Below are positions 1 through 9,486 of a DNA stretch of 64,000 nucleotides, piece after piece. The stretch is taken from the IMG/VR virus record IMGVR_UViG_3300032093_000074, positions 1 to 64,000 of that record; one strand, 5' to 3'. The first letter of the stretch is position 1, and every line of letters begins with the position of its first letter. This stretch comes from a virus. A program made the position numbers and the translations under genes. The notes beneath the pieces are model-generated. The model saw nothing but the letters and a program-made list of their open reading frames with translations, searched no databases and had not been told where the DNA came from.

Positions 1-119
1 CAACAGCAACCAACATTGCTACTACCGCAACTAACCAAAACACGGGTGGCGGTGGGGCGCACAACAACGTGCAGCCGACGATGGTTATGAACTACATCAT
101 CAAAGCGAGCAACTACTGA
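1..119 (+). CDS. 3' end of tail-collar/short fibre protein (partial; allelic to 37804..38439)
   Basis: Near-identical to 38321..38439; encodes GGGGAHNNVQPTMVMNYIIKASNY*. Confidence 0.85.
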   Translation, partial: TATNIATTATNQNTGGGGAHNNVQPTMVMNYIIKASNY

Positions 120-700
120 TGCCCATCTCTAACTATGTTCCGACCTCTGCGATTGCCCGTCCTGGGGTGTGTACCAGCACGACTCGTCCTGCCAGCCCGT
201 ATGAGGGGCAGGTTATTTATGAGACTGACACGGACAAGATTCTTGTTTGGCGTGGGGCTGCATGGAACCCGCCGTGGAACACAGCATGGGGGATTGTTGA
301 TACCACTTCGGGAGGGACAAGCGGAAAAGGTTACGCAGTAGCAACAGGTGGTGATGTAACTGTTACAACCAGTATCACGGATGTTTACTCGTTTACATTC
401 AACGCAGTTGCAAATAGAGTTTATTCGTTTACATTTTCTGCGACCACAACCAAACTTACTGCAGATGGCTACATAGTTGCGTATATCCGTGATGGTTCAA
501 ATAATGTGTTAGGGCAATGGGTGTGGCACGTTTTGAATGGCAAATACTTTTTAAGTGCTGGAACGTGCTTGTATAAAGCCACCAGTACAGGTTCATTTAC
601 ATTGAAACTTAGTGGTTTGGCAGAAAATAATACAGCAAGATTTTTTGCCAACTCTCCATATTCTTTGCAGGTCAAGTTGGAAGATGTAGGTCCGGCATGA
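119..700 (+). CDS. Putative tail adhesin/minor virion protein, constant N-terminal anchor (PGVCTSTTRP..GQVIYETDT) plus variable C-terminus
   Basis: ORF; first ~40 aa shared with 697, 38439 and 39161; AT-rich, beta-rich C-terminus. Confidence 0.65.
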   Translation: MPISNYVPTSAIARPGVCTSTTRPASPYEGQVIYETDTDKILVWRGAAWNPPWNTAWGIVDTTSGGTSGKGYAVATGGDVTVTTSITDVYSFTFNAVANRVYSFTFSATTTKLTADGYIVAYIRDGSNNVLGQWVWHVLNGKYFLSAGTCLYKATSTGSFTLKLSGLAENNTARFFANSPYSLQVKLEDVGPA

Positions 701-1254
701 GTATTTCGTCGTCTGCTACAGGGCTACGTCCAGGGGTTTGCACCTCGACCACCCGACCCACCAACCCGTACCTCGGACAGATTATCTACGAGACTGACAC
801 GGGTTATCTGCGGGTGTGGGACGGAGCCAACTGGGACTACTTCTCCCCGAAACAAGACACGATTCCTGGCGAATGGATTTCGTGGACCCCGACCGTATCG
901 CAATCTTCAAACGTGACATTCACTACCGTGTATGCAAAGTACACCCGTTTTGGGAAAACGATTGTTGCCCAAGCGCATCTGTCAGTCACCGGAACAGGGT
1001 CAGCAGGCACCGGAATAACGGTATCGGCCCCAGTACAAATAGTTGTCGCTAACGGGCCTGTTTTGGGAAGCGGGTTTTTCTATGATGCTTCAGCCAACAA
1101 CGTCTACAACCTGACGACACTTGCATCTACTACGTCTGTTTTTGCTTTTTACTCCGACCTAACTGGCGCTTCGTCGGTATTCGGGTCAACCCCGTCAATC
1201 GGCGCAGCAGCGAGTGACCAAATACGTTTCACCGCAATGTACGAAGCCGCATGA
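697..1254 (+). CDS. Putative tail adhesin/minor virion protein, same anchor family
   Basis: ORF coupled by ATGA overlap; anchor motif; C-terminal W.SWTP..Y.R.GK...YEAA domain. Confidence 0.65.
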   Translation: MSISSSATGLRPGVCTSTTRPTNPYLGQIIYETDTGYLRVWDGANWDYFSPKQDTIPGEWISWTPTVSQSSNVTFTTVYAKYTRFGKTIVAQAHLSVTGTGSAGTGITVSAPVQIVVANGPVLGSGFFYDASANNVYNLTTLASTTSVFAFYSDLTGASSVFGSTPSIGAAASDQIRFTAMYEAA

Positions 1255-2027
1255 TTTCTGTAGTCACCTGCACCCACAACACCCCGCCAGACGTACTCGC
1301 CCGCACCTGGGCCTCCCTCAAAAACCAAACCCACCAAGACTGGGAATGGGTCATCATCGACGACAGCCCAGGCTGGGAAACCCACCGCCAACTCTACGGA
1401 TACTGCGCCGACGAACGATACCGAATCCGCATCTACCGGCCCCACACCCCCAGCAACGGCAACATCGGAGCCACCAAACACGATGCCTTCATGCTCGGCA
1501 GAGGCGAACTCCTAGCCGAACTAGACCACGACGACGAACTCACCCCCGACGCACTCACCACCATCCAACAATACGCCGACAAAGCCCCCTACTCAGGCTT
1601 CTTCTACTCCGACTGGTGCGAAATCCTCCCAGACGGACAATCAGGCCGCTACCCAGACGGCTGGGCCTTCGGATACGGCGACCACTACTGGGACGAAACC
1701 CACCAAGTCTGGGCAATGAAAGCCCCCGAAATCAACCGCACCACCCTCTCCCACATCGTCTCAGCCCCCAACCATGTACGAGTCTGGCGCAGCGATGTCT
1801 ACCACCGGCTCGGAGGACACAACCCAGACCTCCCCATAGCCGACGACTACGAACTCTGCGTACGCACAGCCCTCGCCACCCGCATGACCCACATCCCCAA
1901 AATGCTGTACAAGCAACACATCGGGAACCACACCGCCCAACGGCAACGCAACGGCCTGATACAACAGCTGGTGGAGGAAACCCACCGCAAGTTCGCTGAC
2001 CAGTTGGACGACCGATACGGGGCCTGA
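1251..2027 (+). CDS. Glycosyltransferase family 2
   Basis: ISVVTCTHN, SLKNQT..WEWVIIDD, ELDHDD (DxD), DDYEL motifs. Confidence 0.9.
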   Translation: MISVVTCTHNTPPDVLARTWASLKNQTHQDWEWVIIDDSPGWETHRQLYGYCADERYRIRIYRPHTPSNGNIGATKHDAFMLGRGELLAELDHDDELTPDALTTIQQYADKAPYSGFFYSDWCEILPDGQSGRYPDGWAFGYGDHYWDETHQVWAMKAPEINRTTLSHIVSAPNHVRVWRSDVYHRLGGHNPDLPIADDYELCVRTALATRMTHIPKMLYKQHIGNHTAQRQRNGLIQQLVEETHRKFADQLDDRYGA

Positions 2028-2050
2028 ACCGCATGGGCTATGATGTGCCT

Positions 2051-2182
2051 ATGAAAAAAATGTCTGGCAAGAAGCACGAAATGATGGAAGGCCCCAAGGA
2101 GCGTATGAAGGAATACGGTTCCAGCAAGGCGGGCATGAAGAAGAAAGCAGCCAAGAAGATGGCTGCTAAAAAGAAGAAGTAA
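2051..2182 (+). CDS. Small Lys-rich protein (43 aa), leaderless
   Basis: Manual translation MKKMSGKKHEMMEGPKERMKEY...KKKK; TATGAT -10 box 6 nt before ATG. Confidence 0.7.
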   Translation: MKKMSGKKHEMMEGPKERMKEYGSSKAGMKKKAAKKMAAKKKK

Positions 2183-2334
2183 TGCCCTCCAAGAAGCAGG
2201 CTGCTAAGAAGGTTTCGAAGGTGATGCGGGAGTTCAAGTCCGGCACGCTTCATTCCGGCAAGGGCGGGCCTGTTGTCAAGTCTAAGAAGCAGGCTGTTGC
2301 TATTGCTCTCAGTCAGGCCAGGAAGAAGAAGTAG
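2182..2334 (+). CDS. Small basic protein, DUF6496-like
   Basis: Manual translation KVMREFKSGTLHSGKGGPVVKSKKQAVAIALSQAR; TAATG coupling. Confidence 0.8.
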   Translation: MPSKKQAAKKVSKVMREFKSGTLHSGKGGPVVKSKKQAVAIALSQARKKK

Positions 2335-3222
2335 ATGTCTACTGTTGCCAATGTCATTAACCGTGTCCAACGCCAACTCCTGTCGGGGGTTGTGGAGGAA
2401 CGGAACAAACTTTCTGCCCCTATGACAGCCACGGCTTTGACCTGTGTGCTGACTTACGACTTGGGTTCGGTGCGTTCCGGTTCGGTTATTGAGATTGGTT
2501 CGGAGCAGATGTATGTTTGGGAGGTGGTGGAGTCCACGAAAACTCTCACCGTCGAACGGGCGTTTAACGGTACGGTTGCTGCTGCCCACACCAACGGCAC
2601 GGTCTGTATCGCCAACCCCCGTTTCCCCCGCTCACAAATCCTTGAATCAATTAACGACGAGCTGGCTGACCTTGCCTCCCCGATGAACGGCCTGTTCCAA
2701 GTGAAGATTCTTGACCTCCAATACAACGGGTCGAACCGCCAAATCAACTTGCCGACTATCGGCACAGTCATTGACATTGTTGAAGTGCGTTCAAGATACA
2801 AGTCTGACGACTACCAACAGGTACACAAAATCAAACTTTTGCGGGATATGCCGACAAAAGATTTCGGTTCCGGTCTAGCTCTACAAATCGACCAAGACGT
2901 ACGCAACGGTGACCTGCGGGTGTCTTACAAGGCCCCGTTCACACGGGTCGCTACAGAGAATGACAGTTTGCAGTCTATTGCAGGGTTCCCTGAGTCGGCT
3001 GAAGACATCCTGATTATCGGGTCGCAGATTCGTCTCATCGCCCCCCGTGAGGTGAAGCGGAACTTTACCGAGTCGCAGGGCGACACCCGCCGTTCGGATG
3101 AGGTTCCTCCTGGCGCTGTTGGGAACAGCATCACGAACTTGTTGCGTTTGCGTCGTGACCGTATTACGGCTGAGGCTGCGAAACTTACCCGCCAGTACCC
3201 AACCTTTTTGCAAAGGGCGTAA
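2335..3222 (+). CDS. Putative head-tail adaptor (podovirus tail adaptor-like)
   Basis: ORF; position before nozzle-like gene; helical ends with internal ERAFNGTVAAAH beta insert. Confidence 0.55.
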   Translation: MSTVANVINRVQRQLLSGVVEERNKLSAPMTATALTCVLTYDLGSVRSGSVIEIGSEQMYVWEVVESTKTLTVERAFNGTVAAAHTNGTVCIANPRFPRSQILESINDELADLASPMNGLFQVKILDLQYNGSNRQINLPTIGTVIDIVEVRSRYKSDDYQQVHKIKLLRDMPTKDFGSGLALQIDQDVRNGDLRVSYKAPFTRVATENDSLQSIAGFPESAEDILIIGSQIRLIAPREVKRNFTESQGDTRRSDEVPPGAVGNSITNLLRLRRDRITAEAAKLTRQYPTFLQRA

Positions 3223-5070
3223 ATGCCAGTCGCAAACTTCACGCTCCCGTTCCTGAACACCCCTGCATATTTTACGGGTACGGGCACTACGTCCCTTGTG
3301 CCTTCGGTGTATCCGGTCGCTATCAACGGTCGGCCCTACATGGTGGACCAAAAGAGTGGCAGGTTCCAGCGGGGGTATGAGCAGCGTGTCCGTGATTCGC
3401 AGGACATTTCGACTGCTCCTGGCGAGGCGGCTATTAACCCTGGCGGGTTGTGGCGGCGTGGTCAGGATTCGTGGCATTTGGGTGCAGGGCAGGAGTATGC
3501 GGATATCGGTGGGTCTTTGGATTTCCGGTTCTACAAGTCGAAGGGTATTGACCCTTGGACTAAGGGGCAGGTAAGCCTGCTGAATACCACGAAGGTGTCT
3601 TTAGCGTCTTCTGCCACTTCGCAGCACATGGTTGTTCAAGATGGCCGTGTCTATGTTTCGTTGAACGGCGATGTGAAGTTCACCGCTGACCCGTATGCGT
3701 CTAGCCCGACATGGACAGACTGCACCGGAGAACCAGGCGGGACCTGTGCGGCTATGGCCACAGACGGTTACAAGATTTACCTAGCGTTCCCCAGCGATGG
3801 TGTCCGTCAGATTATCCCGAACACTTCTATCTCTGCCATCAGCACCACTAAGTATGTCAACTCATCAGATTCGTACTATATGTTGGGGTTCGCTAAACAG
3901 TTCATGTTCGGTTCGCATGACCATATTTTGAACACGATTTCTTCCGGTGGTTCAAAATCTGCCCATATCACCCCAGCCGATACAGAGTTCCGATGGGTTG
4001 GTGTAGCCACAGGGCAGAACGCTGCATATGCGGCAGGGTACTCAGGCAAAAAGTCTCTTATCTACAAGATTACGGTTGCCTCAAACGGTGCGTTGGACGC
4101 TGGCGTGGTCGCCCTCGAACTCCCAACAGGGGAAGTTGTTACAGCCATAAGCGGGTACCTCGGCTTTATTGTCTTAGGAACAGACAAAGGTGTCCGGTTC
4201 TGTTCAACAGATAGCAACTCGAACCTTGTTGCTGGCCAGTTGATTCCCACTAGCGGGCCGGTCAAAAAGTTCACCTCGACTGGACGTTTCACATATTTCA
4301 CTTGGTCCAACTATGACGGTACTTCTAGTGGTCTTGGCCGCATGGACCTATCTGTGTTTACCGCCCCGAACACTCCGGCTTACGCCACCGATTTGATGTA
4401 TACGTCATCAAACAATGATGTGTTGTCTGTTGTCACGTTTGACGACAAACATTGTTTTGCTATTTCTGGTGTGGGCATTGTGGCTGAAGACACATCCAGC
4501 CTTGTCGCCTCAGGCGAGGTGGAGTTGGGCACCTACCGTTGGGGTATCCCCGACCGCAAGTTCGTCGCCAAAGTCGATGTCCGGTCAGAGCCACTCAAAG
4601 GTTCCGTCACCGCCTACCTGTCAAACGACACCGAAGACTACGACAACCTTGGCGAATGGGACGACGAAGATGGCACAGAGTTCACCTACGCAGGGTCCGA
4701 CAACAGGGCTATTGAGGCACGGTTCAAACTGGTGTTGGAACGCAGCGCCACCGTCACCGAAGGACCCGTTGTCACCCGTTGGATGGCCCGAGCCTACGCC
4801 GCCCCATTCCGGTCACAGGTTTTCGTTGTGCCTGTCTTACTCCACAACAAAATCAAGGTACGGAACAAGGACATCTATCTTGATGTGCAGGAAGAAACCG
4901 ACCTGTTGGACGACCTGATTGCTAACCCTCGCATCATCGTGTTGCAGATTGGCGAGTCCCGCCATTCGGTGATTGTTGAGGATGTGGAGTGGACCCCTGT
5001 GGATTCCTATGGCAACGCCTGGGATTGGGAAGGAACCGCTACTGTTACTATGAGAAGCGTCGAAAACTAG
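3223..5070 (+). CDS. Putative tail nozzle/stabilisation protein (beta-propeller-like)
   Basis: 615-aa beta-rich ORF between adaptor and fibre. Confidence 0.55.
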   Translation: MPVANFTLPFLNTPAYFTGTGTTSLVPSVYPVAINGRPYMVDQKSGRFQRGYEQRVRDSQDISTAPGEAAINPGGLWRRGQDSWHLGAGQEYADIGGSLDFRFYKSKGIDPWTKGQVSLLNTTKVSLASSATSQHMVVQDGRVYVSLNGDVKFTADPYASSPTWTDCTGEPGGTCAAMATDGYKIYLAFPSDGVRQIIPNTSISAISTTKYVNSSDSYYMLGFAKQFMFGSHDHILNTISSGGSKSAHITPADTEFRWVGVATGQNAAYAAGYSGKKSLIYKITVASNGALDAGVVALELPTGEVVTAISGYLGFIVLGTDKGVRFCSTDSNSNLVAGQLIPTSGPVKKFTSTGRFTYFTWSNYDGTSSGLGRMDLSVFTAPNTPAYATDLMYTSSNNDVLSVVTFDDKHCFAISGVGIVAEDTSSLVASGEVELGTYRWGIPDRKFVAKVDVRSEPLKGSVTAYLSNDTEDYDNLGEWDDEDGTEFTYAGSDNRAIEARFKLVLERSATVTEGPVVTRWMARAYAAPFRSQVFVVPVLLHNKIKVRNKDIYLDVQEETDLLDDLIANPRIIVLQIGESRHSVIVEDVEWTPVDSYGNAWDWEGTATVTMRSVEN

Positions 5071-5079
5071 GAGTAACCA

Positions 5080-6339
5080 ATGGCTTTACCAGTTCGCAGA
5101 GGATACAAGGGTGCCCCAGTCAGCACCACTTTGTCGTCCAATATCTCCAACTCGGCAACTTCAGCAACCGTGGTATCTGTCACAGGTTGGCCGACCACCT
5201 TCCCATTCTTTGCTGTCTTAAGCCCTGGCACCTCGAAGGAAGAAAAGGTGTCCGTGACGGGCATCACTTCTACCACGCTCACGATTGAGCGAGCAAAAGA
5301 TGACACCTCAGCCTCGGCTCATGACGCTGGCGCAACTATCTACCCTGTGTTCACCGCTGTTGAAGCGAACGAAGCGAACCTTGTTGCATCCGCAATGACC
5401 ACCAAGGGCGACCTCATCGCCACGGACGGTACAACTATTAACCGTTTGGGTGTCGGTACCAACACCCACGTTTTGCAGGCAGACTCGACCGCCGCCAACG
5501 GATTCAAGTGGGGGCAGGTAGCCACAGCAGGTATCGCTGACTCGGCTGTCACCTCAGCCAAGATTGCTGACGGAACGATTGTACTGGGCGACTTGGCTGC
5601 TGCTTTGCAGGCGTTCCTTGTCCCGACTGGTTCTATCAACGCATGGTCCACGAACACCGCCCCTACCGGCTGGCAGTTGTGTGACGGTACAGCAGTATCC
5701 CGTACCACCTACGCAGCCCTGTTCGCTGTCATCGGTGAAACATATGGTGCGGGCGACGGTACAACCACGTTCAACCTGCCGAACCTGAAGGGCCGTGCGA
5801 TTGTCGGTCGGGACTCAGCCCAAACAGAGTTCGACACGTTGGCTGAGACGGGTGGAGCAAAGACACACACGCTGACTAGCGCAGAGATTCCTGTCCACCT
5901 TCACACCATCTCCGCATACAGCCATGCCAGCACCAGCACCGCAGACTTGGCCCACACCCACACCTTCAGCGGTTCCGTTACTGGTTCTGGTACGGGTATC
6001 AGCGCATCAACCGATACGGTCGGTGACCACGTTCACACCAGAGCCTACGGAAGCGTTAACCGACAAGCGACCGGCACCGCAACTACTGTTCCTGTTAACG
6101 GTGGAGGGGTCCCCAACCACGACTCGGGCGGGGCAGGAAGCCACAGCCACGCCGTTTCAATCAGCGACCCTGGCCACGGCCACACCTACTCAGGGACAAC
6201 CAGCGGTATGTCTGCAAACGGGACACACAGCCACACCATCGCCCAACACGATGCCAAAGACACAGGTCAAACAGGTGGCGGTGGGGCGCACAACAACCTG
6301 CAACCGTACATCGTCCTCAACTACATCATTAAGCACTAG
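5080..6339 (+). CDS. Tail fibre with phage tail-collar domain
   Basis: PTGWQLCDGTAVSRTTYAALFAVIG..GDGTTTFNLPNLKGR collar motif, HxH repeats, AHNNLQPYIVLNYIIK end. Confidence 0.9.
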   Translation: MALPVRRGYKGAPVSTTLSSNISNSATSATVVSVTGWPTTFPFFAVLSPGTSKEEKVSVTGITSTTLTIERAKDDTSASAHDAGATIYPVFTAVEANEANLVASAMTTKGDLIATDGTTINRLGVGTNTHVLQADSTAANGFKWGQVATAGIADSAVTSAKIADGTIVLGDLAAALQAFLVPTGSINAWSTNTAPTGWQLCDGTAVSRTTYAALFAVIGETYGAGDGTTTFNLPNLKGRAIVGRDSAQTEFDTLAETGGAKTHTLTSAEIPVHLHTISAYSHASTSTADLAHTHTFSGSVTGSGTGISASTDTVGDHVHTRAYGSVNRQATGTATTVPVNGGGVPNHDSGGAGSHSHAVSISDPGHGHTYSGTTSGMSANGTHSHTIAQHDAKDTGQTGGGGAHNNLQPYIVLNYIIKH

Positions 6340-6347
6340 GAGTAATC

Positions 6348-6599
6348 ATGGTAAAGATTCAAACAGTCATCGGACGCATCTTCGCAGTCTTCGGTTCAAC
6401 CGCTCTCGGCGCACTTGCCGGTGGAGCAGTCATCGGAGTAGAACTGTGGAAAGCCGCAGCCCTCGCAGGCTTCATGGCCGCAGCCAAAGTCACCGAACAA
6501 CTGCTCCGTTTCTGGGCAGAAGACGGCGTGCTGACCAAGGAAGAAGTTGCTGAAGCCTTTGGCAAGAAGGCCGTTGCCCCTGCTACGCCAAGCGAGTAA
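6348..6599 (+). CDS. Putative holin
   Basis: 83 aa, two hydrophobic segments, AGGAG RBS, lysis-cassette position. Confidence 0.6.
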   Translation: MVKIQTVIGRIFAVFGSTALGALAGGAVIGVELWKAAALAGFMAAAKVTEQLLRFWAEDGVLTKEEVAEAFGKKAVAPATPSE

Positions 6600-7749
6600 A
6601 GCCCTCGTAGCCCTGTCGGGGCTGGCACTCATCTTCGTTGCCACCACAGCAAACGCAGAGAACATTCGGGTGACCAGCCCCACAGATTTTTGGTTCGAGT
6701 TCAACACCACCACCACGTTCACCGCCCGCACCTACAATGTGGAGAACGAGTGGTCGGACCCGATGTTGTGGTTCTACAACTCTGACGGTCAACTACTGGT
6801 ACAGAACGACGACTGGTTCGGGCTGCAATCAAACATCGTTATCGAAGTCCAACCAGGATGGTACCGGCTGAGGGCCGGTGTGTGTTGCGGGAACCCTGAG
6901 GCTTGGTACAACGGGGTGCTGTATGACCTGTACGCATCGGCCACTCAGGTTGTGCCGACACTCCCCCCATCTACTACCATGCCTGCATGGGACAGTACGA
7001 CGACGACGAGCACGGTGCCGCCTACGAGCGAGCCAGAGACTACGCAGAGTTCGCCAACATCGTCCACAACTACGACGACACAGCCCGAGGAAACCACGAC
7101 GACATCGACTTCAACGACATCGACCACGATGGAGCCGAGTACGACGACAACGGAAACCCCGTTATTCCCATCGACCTTGCCGACTACATTGCCGCTAACC
7201 CCGCCGTTGGAATCATCATCGCCGTCTGCGACTCCATCGACCAGTTCGGAACCACCGCCGACGACTACGAGTTCTGCACCGCCGACAACTTCTACGAGGC
7301 CATCAACTACGACTACGACCACCCTTGCCTCCGCCAGCTCAACCACGGCACAGAACCCTTCCACAACCCCTACAAGCCCCTCAGAGGCTTCTACGGGGCA
7401 GACGGCAACATCTACCCCCCCGGACTCCCCGACGCCTTCTGAGGCGATTGTGGAGGTTCTCACAGCCATCGGGGACAACCCCACCCCCGAACAGGTCCAG
7501 GAGGCTGTCGCAGAGATTGTCGCCAACCTAGAAACCCTCACCAGCACCGAACTGGACGCTATCGCCGCCACCTTCAGCGCCGCCCCACCCGAAGTGAAAC
7601 GGGAGTTTGAGAACCAAGTCAACATTTTTGGGGGCGGGCTAGACACCTACATCCCGCTGGATTCCACCGTGACGGTAGGGCAACGCCGTGCCCTTGTCGC
7701 TGTCGGAGCAGTCATGGTTGCCGCCCCCGCCGTCGTCCGGCGCAAATGA
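6547..7749 (+). CDS. Secreted/membrane-anchored protein: signal peptide, small beta domain (DPMLW..QNDDW..S.I), Ser/Thr/Pro-rich stalk, C-terminal TM
   Basis: ANA signal-peptidase motif; ~170-aa T/S/P tract; LVAVGAVMVAAPAVVRRK tail; start codon uncertain. Confidence 0.7.
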   Translation: MLKPLARRPLPLLRQASKALVALSGLALIFVATTANAENIRVTSPTDFWFEFNTTTTFTARTYNVENEWSDPMLWFYNSDGQLLVQNDDWFGLQSNIVIEVQPGWYRLRAGVCCGNPEAWYNGVLYDLYASATQVVPTLPPSTTMPAWDSTTTTSTVPPTSEPETTQSSPTSSTTTTTQPEETTTTSTSTTSTTMEPSTTTTETPLFPSTLPTTLPLTPPLESSSPSATPSTSSEPPPTTTSSAPPTTSTRPSTTTTTTLASASSTTAQNPSTTPTSPSEASTGQTATSTPPDSPTPSEAIVEVLTAIGDNPTPEQVQEAVAEIVANLETLTSTELDAIAATFSAAPPEVKREFENQVNIFGGGLDTYIPLDSTVTVGQRRALVAVGAVMVAAPAVVRRK

Positions 7750-7762
7750 TATTCTCGTTAAG

Positions 7763-7936
7763 ATGAAAAAGTACCTGAGCCAACTAGCAGCCATCGTCGT
7801 CGCTATGTGCGGTTCGGCGTACATTCTTATTACCCTGTCGGGGGCTACCCGCAGGCAGGCACTTTGGATTACAGGTGTCATGCTTGCGGCAGTAGTGTTG
7901 ACCGCCTACTTTGACGTTAAAGGAGACGACGAATGA
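7763..7936 (+). CDS. Small two-TM membrane protein (lysis cassette), leaderless
   Basis: MKKYLSQLAAIVVAMCG...; TATTCT -10 box 7 nt before ATG. Confidence 0.6.
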   Translation: MKKYLSQLAAIVVAMCGSAYILITLSGATRRQALWITGVMLAAVVLTAYFDVKGDDE

Positions 7937-8571
7937 TGTACCCCGTCCAAAAGTTTCTTATCCCTGGGGAACTAGAAAAGTTCCCGAACGGGGACATCCC
8001 AGCGCATCTCCTGTCCAACATGAAACCTTACGGCCAGTTGTATTGGAAGGCCGGTTGTGCATGGGAGGCGATGCTGGAAGCGGCGAAGGCTGACGGGTTG
8101 GAATACTCCCATGTTGGGATGTTCCGCTCGTTGAAGGAACAAATCTCCCTGTTCGAGTCCCGTTACACGACGAAACCAACGAAACGTGTCCCTCAGGTGA
8201 CCCGCATCTACAAGGGCAAGACGTTCTTCCTGAAAGATGGCATGGCCCCAGCTGGTACACCTGGCACCTCCAAGCACGGCAACGGCTGTGCCTCGGACAT
8301 TGCGGCTCTCATCAACAAGAAGGTTGTCAGCGTCGGCTCCAGCCAAAAGCACGTTGACTGGCTTGTCAAAAACGCCCACCGTTTCGGCTGGTCATGGGAA
8401 GTAGCCGACCCGAAGAACCCCAACTTCGAGATTTGGCACCTCATCTGCTTCGACGCAGACAGTCTCCCCCAAGAAATCTTGAACCGGTCCGTGTCGCAGG
8501 CTGCGAAGATTGCGAAACCTACCCGCAAAGAGAAGAAGGGACGCAAAAACAAGATGGGTGGGGCTGGGTGA
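7933..8571 (+). CDS. Endolysin, M15/VanY-type zinc peptidase
   Basis: FRSLKEQ, PGTSKHGNGCASD (SxHxxGxAxD), EIWH motifs. Confidence 0.85.
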   Translation: MMYPVQKFLIPGELEKFPNGDIPAHLLSNMKPYGQLYWKAGCAWEAMLEAAKADGLEYSHVGMFRSLKEQISLFESRYTTKPTKRVPQVTRIYKGKTFFLKDGMAPAGTPGTSKHGNGCASDIAALINKKVVSVGSSQKHVDWLVKNAHRFGWSWEVADPKNPNFEIWHLICFDADSLPQEILNRSVSQAAKIAKPTRKEKKGRKNKMGGAG

Positions 8572-8685
8572 AATGGGTTCTCGCTTTAGCCGTCTTCTCG
8601 TCGGGGTTTGTGTTGGCACCGTTGCTGCTGTTGTTTACTCTGTTTGTTACCCATCGGAACGATTCGTCCGAGGGATGTGGTACGA

Positions 8686-8862
8686 GTGAGCGAGGCAATC
8701 ATTGTGGCCACTATCGCTGCGGTGGGCGGCATCTTGGCGGCGCTGTTTCAAGGGATGCGGAAAGAGAACCGTGAAGACCACAATGTTGTGGCCAGCGGGT
8801 TGAACCGTATCGAAACAAAGATAGACACCCACATCCGGGACCATGCGAAAGGCGACCTGTAA
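8686..8862 (+). CDS. Small membrane protein (N-terminal TM plus coiled coil)
   Basis: GTG start SEAIIVATIAAVGGILAALF..LNRIETKIDTHIRDH. Confidence 0.6.
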   Translation: MSEAIIVATIAAVGGILAALFQGMRKENREDHNVVASGLNRIETKIDTHIRDHAKGDL

Positions 8863-8882
8863 CTGCTACAGTCGCAGGTCCT

Positions 8883-9017
8883 ATGACAGACGCCGAACTT
8901 GAAATCCTCATCAAATACCTGCAAAAAGCGGTCGTCCCAGCCACCGAACACGAAACCTTTCTCCGAGCATTTGAACGTCTCATAGCCTTGAAAAATAAGG
9001 GTTTGCTGGCTGCGTAG
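8883..9017 (+). CDS. Hypothetical protein (44 aa)
   Basis: Manual translation MTDAELEILIKYLQKAVV... Confidence 0.5.
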   Translation: MTDAELEILIKYLQKAVVPATEHETFLRAFERLIALKNKGLLAA

Positions 9018-9029
9018 TAGTGTCTAGGT

Positions 9030-9155
9030 ATGACAGACAACAGCTGGCTGTACTGCACCGCATGTGGGACGGCTTGGAAAACCAGTGAATCCCGTTACTG
9101 TTGGGAATGCAAGCAGGAAGGGGAACCCGAATATGACCGAATCGGTGACTCCTGA
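9030..9155 (+). CDS. Small Zn-ribbon-like protein, leaderless
   Basis: CTACG...CWEC motifs; TAGTGT -10 box 6 nt before ATG. Confidence 0.5.
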   Translation: MTDNSWLYCTACGTAWKTSESRYCWECKQEGEPEYDRIGDS

Positions 9156-9420
9156 ACCTCAACCTGTGCTGGTGAAATGGGCTGACGCCCACGCCGGAAG
9201 CGGGCATTGGGATGAGCTTGACACAGACGATATGGATGAACACATCGTTGTCACAGTCGGCGTGTTGGTGACACAAGATGAAGGTGGCAAACCGAAACAT
9301 TTGACGGTTGCCCAATCGAAATCCCCGGACGGTTTCTACGACCACGTTATCTATATCCCGCAAGGGATGGTGCGGACCGTAACATTCTTGCAACCGTTCA
9401 CAACAGAAATATCTGTGTAG
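9133..9420 (+). CDS. Hypothetical phage protein (VKWADAH..VGVL..IPQGMV family)
   Basis: ORF; motif pattern typical of small phage beta-barrel proteins. Confidence 0.65.
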   Translation: MTESVTPEPQPVLVKWADAHAGSGHWDELDTDDMDEHIVVTVGVLVTQDEGGKPKHLTVAQSKSPDGFYDHVIYIPQGMVRTVTFLQPFTTEISV

Positions 9421-9425
9421 GGTCC

Positions 9426-9454
9426 TTGCAGAAGTAACACCCCCTCGTTATAGT
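9426..9454 (+). promoter_or_regulatory. Sigma70/SigA-type promoter for recombination operon
   Basis: TTGCAG-17 nt-TATAGT. Confidence 0.7.
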
Positions 9455-9486
9455 GTCCGCTAGACCAACTAAACGAAGGGAATGTT

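Larger units (their letters stand above)
1..1966 (+). repeat. Copy 1 of duplicated fibre/adhesin/GT2 module (mosaic direct repeat of 38321..40562)
   Basis: Near-identical blocks 1-235, 698-839 and 1252-1966 match 38321-38555, 39162-39303 and 39848-40562; the blocks between them are unrelated. Confidence 0.95.
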
